Of a stretch of 64,000 bases of DNA, positions 35,366-46,504 are shown in pieces. The position numbers and the translations under genes are program-made. The notes beneath the pieces are model-generated. The model made no database searches. It worked only from the letters and a program-made list of their open reading frames with translations, and had not been told where the DNA came from. The number at the start of each line of letters is the position of its first letter. The first letter of the stretch is position 1. Origin of the DNA: Ascoidea asiatica JCM 7603 (Eukaryota > Fungi > Ascomycota); assembly GCA_001600695.1 (NCBI GenBank), contig BCKQ01000002.1, positions 1,736,334 through 1,800,333 on the forward strand. Direction: 5' to 3'.

Positions 35366-35440
35366 CACGTGCAATTACGTAATCACCACAGACCTGATAC
35401 CCGGCTATTTCAAATTTGATTTTTGTTTTCTTGTCACGTG
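35366..35440. promoter_or_regulatory. Two CACGTG E-boxes and a bZIP palindrome ATTACGTAAT
   Basis: CACGTG 35366-35371, ATTACGTAAT 35374-35383, GTCACGTG 35433-35440; upstream of the 34877 ORF. Confidence 0.55.
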
Positions 35441-35657
35441 TATCCGTGTTTTTAGTTATTCAATGAGTAAAGTAATTGATAAGGTATTTAGCGTTACTCA
35501 TAGATATACTGTATTTAATAGATATATTTAATAGATATGTTTGGTATTACAGAGACTATATAATTGATTGAATACATAAAGAAATAAAGAAATAAACAAA
35601 TAAACAAATAAAGAGGATATATATATATATATATATATATATTTACATTTACAATTT

Positions 35658-36692
35658 TTAAATAGAAGATTTTCTTGGACAATGAAATCTAATTGCAGTA
35701 CTAAAACGTCTGTGATGATGATTACTACAATTACTACCGGTACTGTTTTTTCTATAAACATTATCTAAACTATTAAAATTGTCGTTACTGTCGTTATTAT
35801 TATCATTATTTATGAAATTATTATTTTCATTATTAATAGCATTGATATCAATGGATTCATTATTAATGTTACTATTATTGTTATTATTACTATTATTATT
35901 ATTATCAGATTCATCTTTACAGCAACAACAAAAACTTTTTTGAATTATAGTTTGTTCATTTTTATCTTTAATATTATTCCATAAATTGAATATTTTAGAA
36001 CTGCTGCTACTATTATTATTATTATTATTATCATTATTAATATGATTATGACTATGAGTGTGATTATGGATATGATTAAGATTATGAGAGTAATTATGAT
36101 TATGATTAATATTATGATTAAAATTATTAATATTATTTTTATTATTTTCATTTATTATAAGACATGCATCAATTGGTTGATTTAATAATGAAGTATTTAA
36201 ATGATTTGAAGTAGTTGAAGTATTTGATAATGAAGTATTAGAATTATTAGATGATTTTAATGAAGAAGTAGATAACGATGATGCTGAAGATTCAATTGCA
36301 TTTTCATTTTCATTATTATTGTAATTGTAATTGTATTTGTAATTAATATTATTATTGTTATTGTTAGAAGAAGCTAGAAATAAGTTTAAATCATTTCTAT
36401 AATCATAATTGTTATCATAGTTATTATTTATATTACTGTTACTATAATCATCTAAAGAGTGATACCTTATTAAAGGTTTCTTTTTATTATCATTGATATT
36501 ATTGATAATATTGAATTGATCTTCATTTGAACCAAAGGCAATTAAATATTTATTACCAAAAAAACTATTTCTTCTATCAAGATTTGAATCAAGATTTGAA
36601 TCTAAATTACTTTTAAAACTATTTTTATTTTCTTGATAAGTTGCAGGTAATGTATTTGACCTTTTAGCTAAAGTATGAGTTGAATAATCCAT
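35658..36692 (-). CDS. Hypothetical Asn-rich protein with short motif islands
   Basis: 344-aa ORF; islands FGSNEDQF, YDYRNDLNLFL, CCCC, HHHRRFSTAIRF. Confidence 0.65.
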   Translation of the reverse strand: MDYSTHTLAKRSNTLPATYQENKNSFKSNLDSNLDSNLDRRNSFFGNKYLIAFGSNEDQFNIINNINDNKKKPLIRYHSLDDYSNSNINNNYDNNYDYRNDLNLFLASSNNNNNNINYKYNYNYNNNENENAIESSASSLSTSSLKSSNNSNTSLSNTSTTSNHLNTSLLNQPIDACLIINENNKNNINNFNHNINHNHNYSHNLNHIHNHTHSHNHINNDNNNNNNSSSSSKIFNLWNNIKDKNEQTIIQKSFCCCCKDESDNNNNSNNNNNSNINNESIDINAINNENNNFINNDNNNDSNDNFNSLDNVYRKNSTGSNCSNHHHRRFSTAIRFHCPRKSSI

Positions 36693-37656
36693 TGTATTAT
36701 TGATTTATATGATAAATTGAATTAATTGAGTATGTATAATTAAAATTTTATAATTTATTAAAAGGTATTATAAATAAATAAAATTGAGTAAGGAGAATTT
36801 ATTAAAACTTGGATAAATTACATTTCTTTTATAGAGAGAGATCTTTAGAGATATTGAAGACAAAGGATATTTTTTATCAGTAAATTAAATTCAGATGTTG
36901 AAAGCGTGGAAAGTATAAAATTAATAAATATTTAAATCTAAATTATGTCAAGCTGGTGAAAAGATAACGAAATAGTAGTAGTTGTTGTGGTTGTTGTGGT
37001 TATGAGTTCACTCAATCTGCTTTCGGCAACATTAACCTTTTCCCCCAGACACTTAACCACTCAAACCAACGCACACGCCTTCATACGCCAGCACATTTCT
37101 GTACCACAAGGTATAATATTGTGGAATGGTAACAGAATGTTCACGCTATTTCCGCTTTGGTTTCAGTTATCATTGCTATTTTCTTAAATTCACTCGTTTT
37201 ACCGAACTATTATTCCATTACATGTCGAAATTAGGAAACTTTAAAAGAAACCCCAGTTGTAAAAAGCTGAATCTGGTGGTTGGGGAGCGTCCGTCTCCGT
37301 GCAGGGATCCGTGTTGACATCTTGAAAAATCTAAAATTTCTCAATTTTATCGACGTTGCATTAATTCAATTGCGAAATAGTTAATTACATTGGCGCTGGT
37401 TTCCATGGTTTCCTTGTTTTCCTTGGGTTTCCTTGGAGATCACCCTGAGGGTGCTTGCTCCAGCTCCAGTTCCAGCTGTATGCGCTTCAGAAACCCCAAA
37501 AGAAGCTGCACTTCCACGAGGGGTTAGCGAATAAAAGACATTGAGTGTGAGTGTTGAATAATTTAGATCATTTCTGTTCATTTCTGTTCATTTTATGCTT
37601 TAATATCTCTATTTTCTCTATTTCTATTTATCTTCTCACTTTCTTCTCTGTTTCTT

Positions 37657-39147
37657 TCATGTTCCAAAGTACGCAGAATCCACAAATCGATTGTTGTACC
37701 ACCATTCAGTTGCTGATTCCAAGTTTCTGGTCTCGTTTTCGTCACTACTTTCACTACTCCTTTCATTACTTTCACTACTACTTTTATTGTTGCTTCCTTT
37801 GCAAATGCTCACTCTTCCCATTTTACCAACAACAATGAAAACACGTGGAAACATTTTTATAATGCTTCCAATTCCAAATTCATTCCCCAAATAACAAATC
37901 ACAACAATATCTTTCTCTTCAATTCCCTGATCAATTAAAACTTGAATTGCCATAATCATTCCAAATCCACTTATAATTTGAGTATCAAATATAAAAAATT
38001 TATATTTCTTACCTTCTTTATTTGTTTCTTTAATAATCTTTGGTAATTTGGTATAATGTAATTCAGGTTCTCCAGTTTGAATATTGGATTGAATTAATAA
38101 TTTTCCAATTTTTACATTACCTAAACTTTTCATAATTGATGTTAAAAAACATTCTCCAGATCTTATTAAATTTATAACTATAATTTCTTCATTTCTTTTA
38201 ATACCTTTAGTTTCATAAATAAATTTATTTTTAATTTTAGTTTTTATTATATTTTTATTCCATGTATAAAATTCTTTAATTTCTAAAGCTTTATTAATTA
38301 ATAAACTTCCAATTCTATTAAAATAAAATATAAAATCATCTCTTTTAGTTTCTTTATTAATTAAAATACTATGAATACATTTAATTTGATTATTCATTTC
38401 TAATTCAATTAATCTTGTATTTAAACTATTATTATCTAATTCATTCAATTTATTTAATTCTTTCAAATTCTTTAAATGTTCTTGACTTTTAATTAATAAT
38501 TGTCCTTTAATATGTTTTATAACCATATTAATTGAAATTTTATTTTCTTGTCCCATTGGTATAACTATATTTGCATTATTTAATGTAGGTTTGATAAATC
38601 TATCTGAATTTGGTTTAACAAATTTATTCCATTGTTTTAAACATCCTTTTAAATCTCTTCCTCTATGTAAAATATCTCTAATTAATCTTCTACTTAAACA
38701 TATATCTAAATCTGTATCAATATAAATCTTCATATCCATTAATTTTAAAATTCTTTCATCATATAATGAATATAATCCTTCTAAAATTATAACATTTGCT
38801 CCAAATATTTCTAATTTTTTATTACAATTTCTTGAATGTGTCTTAAATGAATATATTGGTATTTGAGTTTTTTTACCTTGTTTTAATGATAATAAACTTA
38901 AATAACATAAATTTAAATCAATTGCATTAGGATTATCAAAATCATATTCATTCTTAAATGCCAATTCACTTTGTTCCTTATTTAATTCTTTATAAAAATT
39001 ATCAACACTTAATACAATTGTCCATGGTGTATTTATTTGTGATATTATTTCTTTAGCAATTGATGATTTACCTGATCCACTAAATCCTGCAATTCCAATT
39101 ATATATGGTTTATTCCAAGGTGGAATATATTTAAATTCATTTTTCAT
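37657..39147 (-). CDS. URK1: Uridine/cytidine kinase with C-terminal UPRTase-like domain
   Basis: ATG at 39147 (track start is TTG); YIPPW, GIAGFSGSGKS, DNFY, DFDNP, RGRD, GKLLIQ, QIISG...MAIQVL, YFGT. Confidence 0.95.
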   Translation of the reverse strand: MKNEFKYIPPWNKPYIIGIAGFSGSGKSSIAKEIISQINTPWTIVLSVDNFYKELNKEQSELAFKNEYDFDNPNAIDLNLCYLSLLSLKQGKKTQIPIYSFKTHSRNCNKKLEIFGANVIILEGLYSLYDERILKLMDMKIYIDTDLDICLSRRLIRDILHRGRDLKGCLKQWNKFVKPNSDRFIKPTLNNANIVIPMGQENKISINMVIKHIKGQLLIKSQEHLKNLKELNKLNELDNNSLNTRLIELEMNNQIKCIHSILINKETKRDDFIFYFNRIGSLLINKALEIKEFYTWNKNIIKTKIKNKFIYETKGIKRNEEIIVINLIRSGECFLTSIMKSLGNVKIGKLLIQSNIQTGEPELHYTKLPKIIKETNKEGKKYKFFIFDTQIISGFGMIMAIQVLIDQGIEEKDIVVICYLGNEFGIGSIIKMFPRVFIVVGKMGRVSICKGSNNKSSSESNERSSESSDENETRNLESATEWWYNNRFVDSAYFGT

Positions 39148-39523
39148 TTCCAATTTTATACTATACTATTCTATTATATATATTCTAGTTTATTCTAAAA
39201 AAAGATTTATTCTTTTCACCAAGTAAACATATTCACTATTAAATAATTACTCTGTTCCATTCTATTCATTTCCTCTCCTCTGATAAGAAATTGATCTTTT
39301 TTTTTGCTTAACGTTCCTTTTTCTCACGCGAGCTTTTTTCGAATATTCAAATTTTAAAAAATCAGGAGTACCGTAAACATGGCGTCATTTTCGTTCCAAT
39401 TTCAATTTTTCCGACTACTTTAATACAAATTCAATACAAATACAAATTGATTTAATTCAAATAAATAATCAAATAAGGAAATAAATAATAATATCTTAAT
39501 TAAACTATCTTCAATATCAATAA

Positions 39524-42115
39524 ATGAATCAAAATAGACATAACAAGTACAATTCTAGAAACAATAATTCTAGTAATTTCAATAATACAGATGAAAATTT
39601 GGAATTATTCACTTTAAAAGAAGAAATTAAAATCTTTGAAGAAGATATTGAAAAATATGGTTGGAATAATTTATCTTCAAATGAAAAATCAAATTATGAA
39701 AAAAAAATTCAATTATATAATAATTTAATTAAATCTAAAAATGATTATTCAAATAAACAATCAAATGATTATATAATACCTGAAGATTATTCAAATGATA
39801 AAAAAAGAAAATATGAAATTTTAAATGATAAAAAAAACTTAGATTTTAAAATTAATAAAAAAATTTCAAATAATAATAGTAGTAGTAGTAATACCACTAA
39901 TAATAATAATAACTCAATAGATTTAAAAATTAATGATCCAAATAAAATTCCTTTACCAGGTAATGAAGATTATGAATTTGTTTTTGATGATAATCAAAAA
40001 GTTATATTTACTGAAGAAGAAAAATTATTATATGATAAAGAATCTCAAGATTTAAATTCAAAAAAATTGGAAACTGAAAATAAAATTAAAAATTTAAAAA
40101 CAATTAATGATATTAAAAAATCTTTACCAGTTTATAAATATAAAAATGATTTATTAAATTCAATAAAAATTAATCAAGTTTTAATAGTTATTGGTGAAAC
40201 TGGTTCTGGTAAAACAACTCAATTACCTCAATATATTTATGAAGAGGGTTATTGTAAAAATGGTTTAAAAATTGCTTGTACACAACCAAGAAGAGTTGCT
40301 GCTATGTCTGTTGCAAAAAGAGTTTCTGATGAAATGAATGTAACTTTAGGTAATGAAGTTGGTTATTCAATTCGTTTTGAAGATAGAACAAATAAAAAAA
40401 CTTTGATAAAATATTTAACTGATGGTATGTTACTAAGAGAATTTTTTATTGATCCAAAAATGTCATCATATTCTGTAATAATTATAGATGAAGCTCATGA
40501 AAGAACTTTATCAACAGATATTTTATTAGGTTTAATTAAAGATATTTTAAAATTTAGAAAAAATTTAAAATTAATAATTTCTTCTGCAACAATGAATGCA
40601 AAAAAATTTAGTAAATTTTTTAATAATGCACCAATATTTAATGTACCAGGTAGAAGATATCCTGTTGATATTCATTATACAATTCAACCTGAATCAAATT
40701 ATATTCATGCAGTTATCACAACTATTTTTCAAATTCATATATCTCAAGGTTTTGGTGATATTTTAGTATTTTTAACAGGTCAAGAAGAAATTGAAATTAT
40801 CGAAGAAAATATAAAAGATACCTGTAAAAAATTAGGATCAAAAATTAAAGAAATGATAATTTGTCCAATTTATGCAAATTTACCAAATGATTTACAACAA
40901 AAAATTTTTCAACCAACACCGAAAAATTCAAGAAAAATTGTATTAGCAACAAATATTGCAGAAACTTCAATTACAATTGATGGAATTGTTTATGTTATTG
41001 ATCCAGGATTTGTTAAAGAAAAAATATATAATCCTTCAACAGGTATGGATAGTTTAATAGTTACACCATGTTCACAAGCTTCATCAAATCAAAGAGCAGG
41101 TAGAGCAGGTAGAATTGGACCTGGAAAATGTTTTAGATTATTTACAAAATGGTCATTTAAAAATGAATTACCATTAAATTCAACACCAGAAATTTTAAGA
41201 ATAAATTTATCAAGTGTTGTATTAATATTATTATCATTAGGTATCACAGATTTAATAAAATTTGAATTTATTGATTCACCATCAATTGATTCATTAATAA
41301 AATCATTAGAATTATTATATTCATTAGGTAGTATAAATGAAAAAGGATTATTAACAAAATTAGGTAGACAAATGTCTGAATTTCCAACAAATCCAATGAT
41401 TTCAAAAGTTTTATTAATTAGTAAGAAATATAAATGTACAAAAGATATATTATCAATAGTTTCATTAATTCAAGAATCTTCAACCTTATTTCATAAACCA
41501 AAAGATAAAAAATTATTAGTTGAAGAAATTAGAAGTAGATTTAATAATAAATTCGGAGATCATTTTACATTATTAGAAATTTGGAATGAATGGAAAGAAA
41601 ATAATTATTCATATGAATGGTGTAAAGATACATATATACAATATAAAACATTAAGAAGAGTTAAAAATATTAGAAATCAATTAGAAAAAATATGTGAAAG
41701 AGTTGAAATTCGTGATAAAAAAAGAAATGATAAATCTTTTAATAATGAAGAAAATAATAACAATGATAATAGTATGGATATAAATGAGGAAAATAAGATT
41801 ATAAGAATAAGTAAAGCATTAACAGCAGGATTTTTCCCAAATTGTGCAAGATTATCAAAAATGGGAGATAGTTATAGAAGTTTAAAAAAAAATAATCAAA
41901 TTTTTATACATCCAAGTTCAGTTTTATTTAAAATTAAACCTGCAAATAAACTCATAATTTATAATGAATTAATTTTAACTAAAAAAGAATATATGAGGAA
42001 TTGTTTTGTTATTAAAGAAGAATGGTTAAAAGAATTAGCACCACATTATTTTTCTAAAAAGGAATTGGAAATTGCAGATACTCAAAGTAAAAAAATTCCC
42101 AAAATTATTAAATGA
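39524..42115 (+). CDS. PRP2: Spliceosomal DEAH-box helicase Prp2/DHX16
   Basis: GETGSGKTTQLPQY, TQPRRVAAMSVA, DEAH, SAT, PIYANLP, QRAGRAGR, IHPSS. Confidence 0.88.
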   Translation: MNQNRHNKYNSRNNNSSNFNNTDENLELFTLKEEIKIFEEDIEKYGWNNLSSNEKSNYEKKIQLYNNLIKSKNDYSNKQSNDYIIPEDYSNDKKRKYEILNDKKNLDFKINKKISNNNSSSSNTTNNNNNSIDLKINDPNKIPLPGNEDYEFVFDDNQKVIFTEEEKLLYDKESQDLNSKKLETENKIKNLKTINDIKKSLPVYKYKNDLLNSIKINQVLIVIGETGSGKTTQLPQYIYEEGYCKNGLKIACTQPRRVAAMSVAKRVSDEMNVTLGNEVGYSIRFEDRTNKKTLIKYLTDGMLLREFFIDPKMSSYSVIIIDEAHERTLSTDILLGLIKDILKFRKNLKLIISSATMNAKKFSKFFNNAPIFNVPGRRYPVDIHYTIQPESNYIHAVITTIFQIHISQGFGDILVFLTGQEEIEIIEENIKDTCKKLGSKIKEMIICPIYANLPNDLQQKIFQPTPKNSRKIVLATNIAETSITIDGIVYVIDPGFVKEKIYNPSTGMDSLIVTPCSQASSNQRAGRAGRIGPGKCFRLFTKWSFKNELPLNSTPEILRINLSSVVLILLSLGITDLIKFEFIDSPSIDSLIKSLELLYSLGSINEKGLLTKLGRQMSEFPTNPMISKVLLISKKYKCTKDILSIVSLIQESSTLFHKPKDKKLLVEEIRSRFNNKFGDHFTLLEIWNEWKENNYSYEWCKDTYIQYKTLRRVKNIRNQLEKICERVEIRDKKRNDKSFNNEENNNNDNSMDINEENKIIRISKALTAGFFPNCARLSKMGDSYRSLKKNNQIFIHPSSVLFKIKPANKLIIYNELILTKKEYMRNCFVIKEEWLKELAPHYFSKKELEIADTQSKKIPKIIK

Positions 42116-42855
42116 ATATTCTATTTAAAAGGAGAATATTAATTGGAAAGTAAGAAAAAAAAGAAAAGATAAAGGAGAATTATAATAAAACCGAAAAAGA
42201 ATTTAAAATGAAAAATCAAGTTATTTTTATTTTTGTCTTAATATTTCTCATATTGTCTAAGAGTCTCTATTAGATCTAGATCCAATCTTTTTATTCATTG
42301 GATTGTTGGGGTTTAATTAATTTTGGAAATATCCAAGAACTAATTCGATTAGATTGGAGTTTAACGAGGAGTTATGCCTTTAGAAATCCTCCAGTGAACT
42401 CAAAGACTCTGAACATGTCTCAGACAGGGTCTCTGGTTAATTATTTTACTGGTCCTGCTGTCTCAGCTGCTCTTTCAAAGGTTCTTTTAGCTGCTTTTCA
42501 CATAGTTCTTCCAGCAGTTCTGCCAGCACTTTCTGCTTCTTCTGCTTCTTCTGCTTCTGCTGCTGTTTTTGTTTGTGCTGCTGCTGTGGTTTGGCGGCGC
42601 GCTGCTCGATGTGGCAGTGGCAGGCGAATTAAGGTGCTGTCACGGGCCAGCCAATCAGCGGGCGAGCTGTGAGGCACCATCCACATCTGGCAGACCCACA
42701 GCTGCAATAACAACAACAATAACAAAAATAAAGCATAAAGAACAAACGATTGATCCTTTTCTGATCTTTCTCTATTTCAATCTCTTCATTATTCTGTTTT
42801 TATCTCTCTTTTTTTTTTTTTTTTTTGGATAATTCATCCATTGGTATTCATTAAA

Positions 42856-44907
42856 ATGGATCACAATGATAACAACAATAATAATAATGGAAAGCCTGGA
42901 TTCTCATCTTTTTCAAATAAGAAAAGATTTTTATCTGATCTTCCTCTGCTTCCTTCAATTCCAAAAAGAAGGTTGCTAAATAACCCTAATTCAAACTTAG
43001 ATTTGAATTTTAATTCTAATAATAATCAAGAAGTAAATAGACATACATTATATAGAAGAAATTCAAGAGATTCAATTTCTTCGAAAACCTCAAGTAGTTT
43101 ATTTTGTTCTACTGATTTATCAAGTGAATCGGTTTATAATTTTGGTAATGATATTCCAAACTATAATAATATAAATAATCTCAATAACAATATCAATAAT
43201 AATAATAATAATAATAATCATACTTATAATTCTGATAATTTCCCTTCAATTGATATCAATATAAGAAATAATAATATTAATAATCCTCCAAGTTCTCCAG
43301 TTTCTTCTTATGATATAAATCCAGATGAAACTTTAAATGATATTCAATTTAATCAATTAATATCTCCATCTTTATCAAATATCAATAACGAAAATCAAAG
43401 TAAAATTCAATTAGATTCTGATGATACGGATTTTGATATTAATTTAGATAAATATGGTAGAATTCAATCAAATTACATCAATTATAGTGATATTGAATCA
43501 ATTTCTGATGATATAAACCCAATCAATAATAATAATAATAATGACAGTAATAATATCCTATCTCAATCTCAATCTCAATCTCAATCTCAATCTCAATCTC
43601 AATTTCAAGCTTATTCTAAATCCCAGTCTTATAATCAATCTCATAGTATTCAGATGATTAATATTGATAAAGATCAAGAAAACATTCATCAAATTGTAAA
43701 AACTATAATTTCTGATGCTTTTAATAATGATTCAATAGAATTTCAAAAAAATCAAATCTTAAATTTTGATGGTTTAAATTTAATCTCAATTCCAAATGCA
43801 ATCTCAGATTTAAAAGATTTAGTTTTATTTGATAAAAATGCAAATATTATCAAACAACCAAATTTTCAACTATTTTTTCATCATAATAATTTAATTAATA
43901 TTAATCCGAGATTATTTAATATTTCAAATATTGTTGTATTAAGTTTAAGAGATAATAATTTATCTTCATTACCAGGTTCAATAAATTTATGTTCTAAGAA
44001 TTTAAAATCTTTAAATTTATCTTTAAATAATTTTAAAACTTTACCATGGCAAATTTTAGATCTTAAAAATCTTGAAACTTTATCAATTAGACCAAATTCA
44101 AAATTAATTGAATTTAAAAATTTTAAAAAAATTTTACCTTTTAAAAATTTTAGGATTATTATTGATTCAACTTTAAATAATTTTGCAATTTGTAAATTTG
44201 TTTCTTCAATAATTTTTAGTGATTTAAATTTACAAAAAAAAATTAATAAAATTAAAAAAAATGAATCAAAAACAATAAATTTACTTAAAAATTTTTATAT
44301 TTCTTCTTTTAAATCTAATAATAATAATACTTATTCAAATTCTCAAAAATTATTAATTGATGATTTAAAATATCAATTATTTTTAAAAAATAAAAAACAG
44401 AAAAAAAAAATTCAAAAAATTATTAATGAATCGATTTCTCATACTCCAAAATTATCTGAACTTTGTTTAAGAAATATAAGTAGTTATAAATTTCACTCAG
44501 ATTTTGAATATAAATCTTGGACAAAAGGTATTAATAAAGTTCATTTACAATCAGTTTCAAAAGCTTTAATTTGTGGTTCTAATAATGAAATTTGTTTTAT
44601 TTGTAAAAATGTTTTAATATATTCCGTTGCTCATGTTATTGAATGGTGGGATATTTTAGGTAATAAACTTGTGCCAATTAAAAAAAAATTTTGTTCAGGT
44701 GGTTGTATAAAAGAATATGAATCAAATAATTTCAATAGTTATTCAATGGATGATGATGCTTTTTATTTAGCGAATTTTGAAAAACAATTTGAAAAAGATA
44801 TTTCAATTAATGAAAATGATAATCCAAAATTAAATGATGATGATTTAATAGATACCGATATAGATCAAGAAATGGATGAAAATATAGGAGATATGGAGTC
44901 TTTTTGA
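42856..44907 (+). CDS. Leucine-rich-repeat protein with BC-box-like motif and C-terminal Cys4 module (LRRC58-like)
   Basis: ATG at 42856; about 5 LRRs (LSLRDNNLSSLP, LNLSLNNFKTLP); PKLSELCLRNI; CFIC...EWWD...VP...CSGGC. Confidence 0.75.
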   Translation: MDHNDNNNNNNGKPGFSSFSNKKRFLSDLPLLPSIPKRRLLNNPNSNLDLNFNSNNNQEVNRHTLYRRNSRDSISSKTSSSLFCSTDLSSESVYNFGNDIPNYNNINNLNNNINNNNNNNNHTYNSDNFPSIDINIRNNNINNPPSSPVSSYDINPDETLNDIQFNQLISPSLSNINNENQSKIQLDSDDTDFDINLDKYGRIQSNYINYSDIESISDDINPINNNNNNDSNNILSQSQSQSQSQSQSQFQAYSKSQSYNQSHSIQMINIDKDQENIHQIVKTIISDAFNNDSIEFQKNQILNFDGLNLISIPNAISDLKDLVLFDKNANIIKQPNFQLFFHHNNLININPRLFNISNIVVLSLRDNNLSSLPGSINLCSKNLKSLNLSLNNFKTLPWQILDLKNLETLSIRPNSKLIEFKNFKKILPFKNFRIIIDSTLNNFAICKFVSSIIFSDLNLQKKINKIKKNESKTINLLKNFYISSFKSNNNNTYSNSQKLLIDDLKYQLFLKNKKQKKKIQKIINESISHTPKLSELCLRNISSYKFHSDFEYKSWTKGINKVHLQSVSKALICGSNNEICFICKNVLIYSVAHVIEWWDILGNKLVPIKKKFCSGGCIKEYESNNFNSYSMDDDAFYLANFEKQFEKDISINENDNPKLNDDDLIDTDIDQEMDENIGDMESF

Positions 44908-45205
44908 AAAGTTTTAATTTATTTATATTTATATGTTGTTTTTCTTTTTTTTTTTTTTTTCAATTAAATTTAAGTTCTCTTGCATTTTTTTTTTATTCTT
45001 CCTTTTACTTTTGTTTTCGTTTTAAGTTTTAGTCTTTACATTGTTTTAGTTTTTTTTTTCATATTCACATTTTTATTTTCATTTATATTTTTCGTTTTAA
45101 TGAAGTTTTATTTTTATTCATTCTTTTCAAACAGAACATAAACTATTATAACATTTATTAAATTTTTTTTTTTTAATTTTTTAAATTTTTTGATATTTTT
45201 TTACT

Positions 45206-46504
45206 TCAGGGTACACTGAATAAACTAAAATTTCTTACAATATTTGGACCATATTCATCATAATCTTGTTTTGTATGACAATAAGCTTTAAATTCACTTG
45301 TTTGAGCCATTAAACTACCACCAAACCATACAGCATTTCTTTGTCTTCTATGAGAAATTACTTGAACCTCAACTCCACTACTTTTTGCATGAGAAATTTG
45401 TTCAGAAGCTTCAACTCTTTTTTTAACAATATCACGAATATCTCTTTGTAATCTTCTACCAAAATCTTTAAACATTGTTGAACCACCACTTAAAACAATA
45501 TTTTTATAAAGACCTTTTCTAACATCAATTGGAGAAGATTGAATAACTTGATCAACAACAATTGGTAATGGAGTTAAAAAATCACTTGAAGCAATTTCTG
45601 GATTAAAAAAAATTTCTGGAGCTAAAAATCTTTCATAACCAACATCAACTAAACTTTTAATTGTTTTATTTTGAGATTGATAAATATATTGAGCAAATTT
45701 TTGTTTATCATGATCAAATTTTTTAAATTCTTTTACAATATCTGGACAAACATAACAGAATTGTTGTTTAATTTGTTCTGCGGTACGTAAAGAAGAATCT
45801 AATTCACCTCTTTCTCTTAACATTTGTTGAATAAATAAAGTTATATCTCTACCAGCTATTGGAATATTTTTAATTGCAGAACCAATTACATAACCTTCAG
45901 CGACAGGTATAACATGAGTTACACCATCACCAGAATCTATTACAGTTCCTGTTAAAACTCTATTTTGAACTTTTGAAGAAGTCCAAGAAGCAGCTAAAGC
46001 TAATACAGCTTGTACAGCAATATATAAACCTGCACAATTGAAACTTTCAAACATAATTTCAGCAGTATTTTCTCTATTTTCAGGAGGATTTAAAGGTGGT
46101 TCAGTTAATAAAAAATAATGATCTTCAGGTTCACATCTTAAATATTTAAAAATTGAATTTTCCCAAAATCTTTCCATATGATCCCAATTTTCAATTTGTC
46201 CATGTTTTATTGGATATGATAAAGAATATGATTGACCATTTGAAGCATTAATTGCTTCATCACCTATATAAAAATCTAAATCTTCCATACCTCTTTTTGA
46301 AGCAAGATTATTACCAGAAGAATTATTATTTAAATTTTTTTTATTTGAAGAATTTGAAGAAGATTTAGAAGCTGTTGAAGAACCTGAACGTGTTGCAATT
46401 GCTGTTGGAAATACAAAAGATGGAGCATCATTACCTGCAAACCCTAATTTTGTTAGACCTGTACCATTATCCATGATAACAGCAGGAGTTGCCAAACTTG
46501 ACAT
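45206..46504 (-). CDS. ARP3: Actin-related protein 3
   Basis: [51 protein letters not shown]. Confidence 0.98.
   Translation of the reverse strand: MSSLATPAVIMDNGTGLTKLGFAGNDAPSFVFPTAIATRSGSSTASKSSSNSSNKKNLNNNSSGNNLASKRGMEDLDFYIGDEAINASNGQSYSLSYPIKHGQIENWDHMERFWENSIFKYLRCEPEDHYFLLTEPPLNPPENRENTAEIMFESFNCAGLYIAVQAVLALAASWTSSKVQNRVLTGTVIDSGDGVTHVIPVAEGYVIGSAIKNIPIAGRDITLFIQQMLRERGELDSSLRTAEQIKQQFCYVCPDIVKEFKKFDHDKQKFAQYIYQSQNKTIKSLVDVGYERFLAPEIFFNPEIASSDFLTPLPIVVDQVIQSSPIDVRKGLYKNIVLSGGSTMFKDFGRRLQRDIRDIVKKRVEASEQISHAKSSGVEVQVISHRRQRNAVWFGGSLMAQTSEFKAYCHTKQDYDEYGPNIVRNFSLFSVP

Noticed and set aside
42298-42832. Ala-rich ORFs on both strands in a GC-rich patch
   Set aside because: Non-ATG starts and GCT/TCT repeats; most simply the promoter of the LRR gene.
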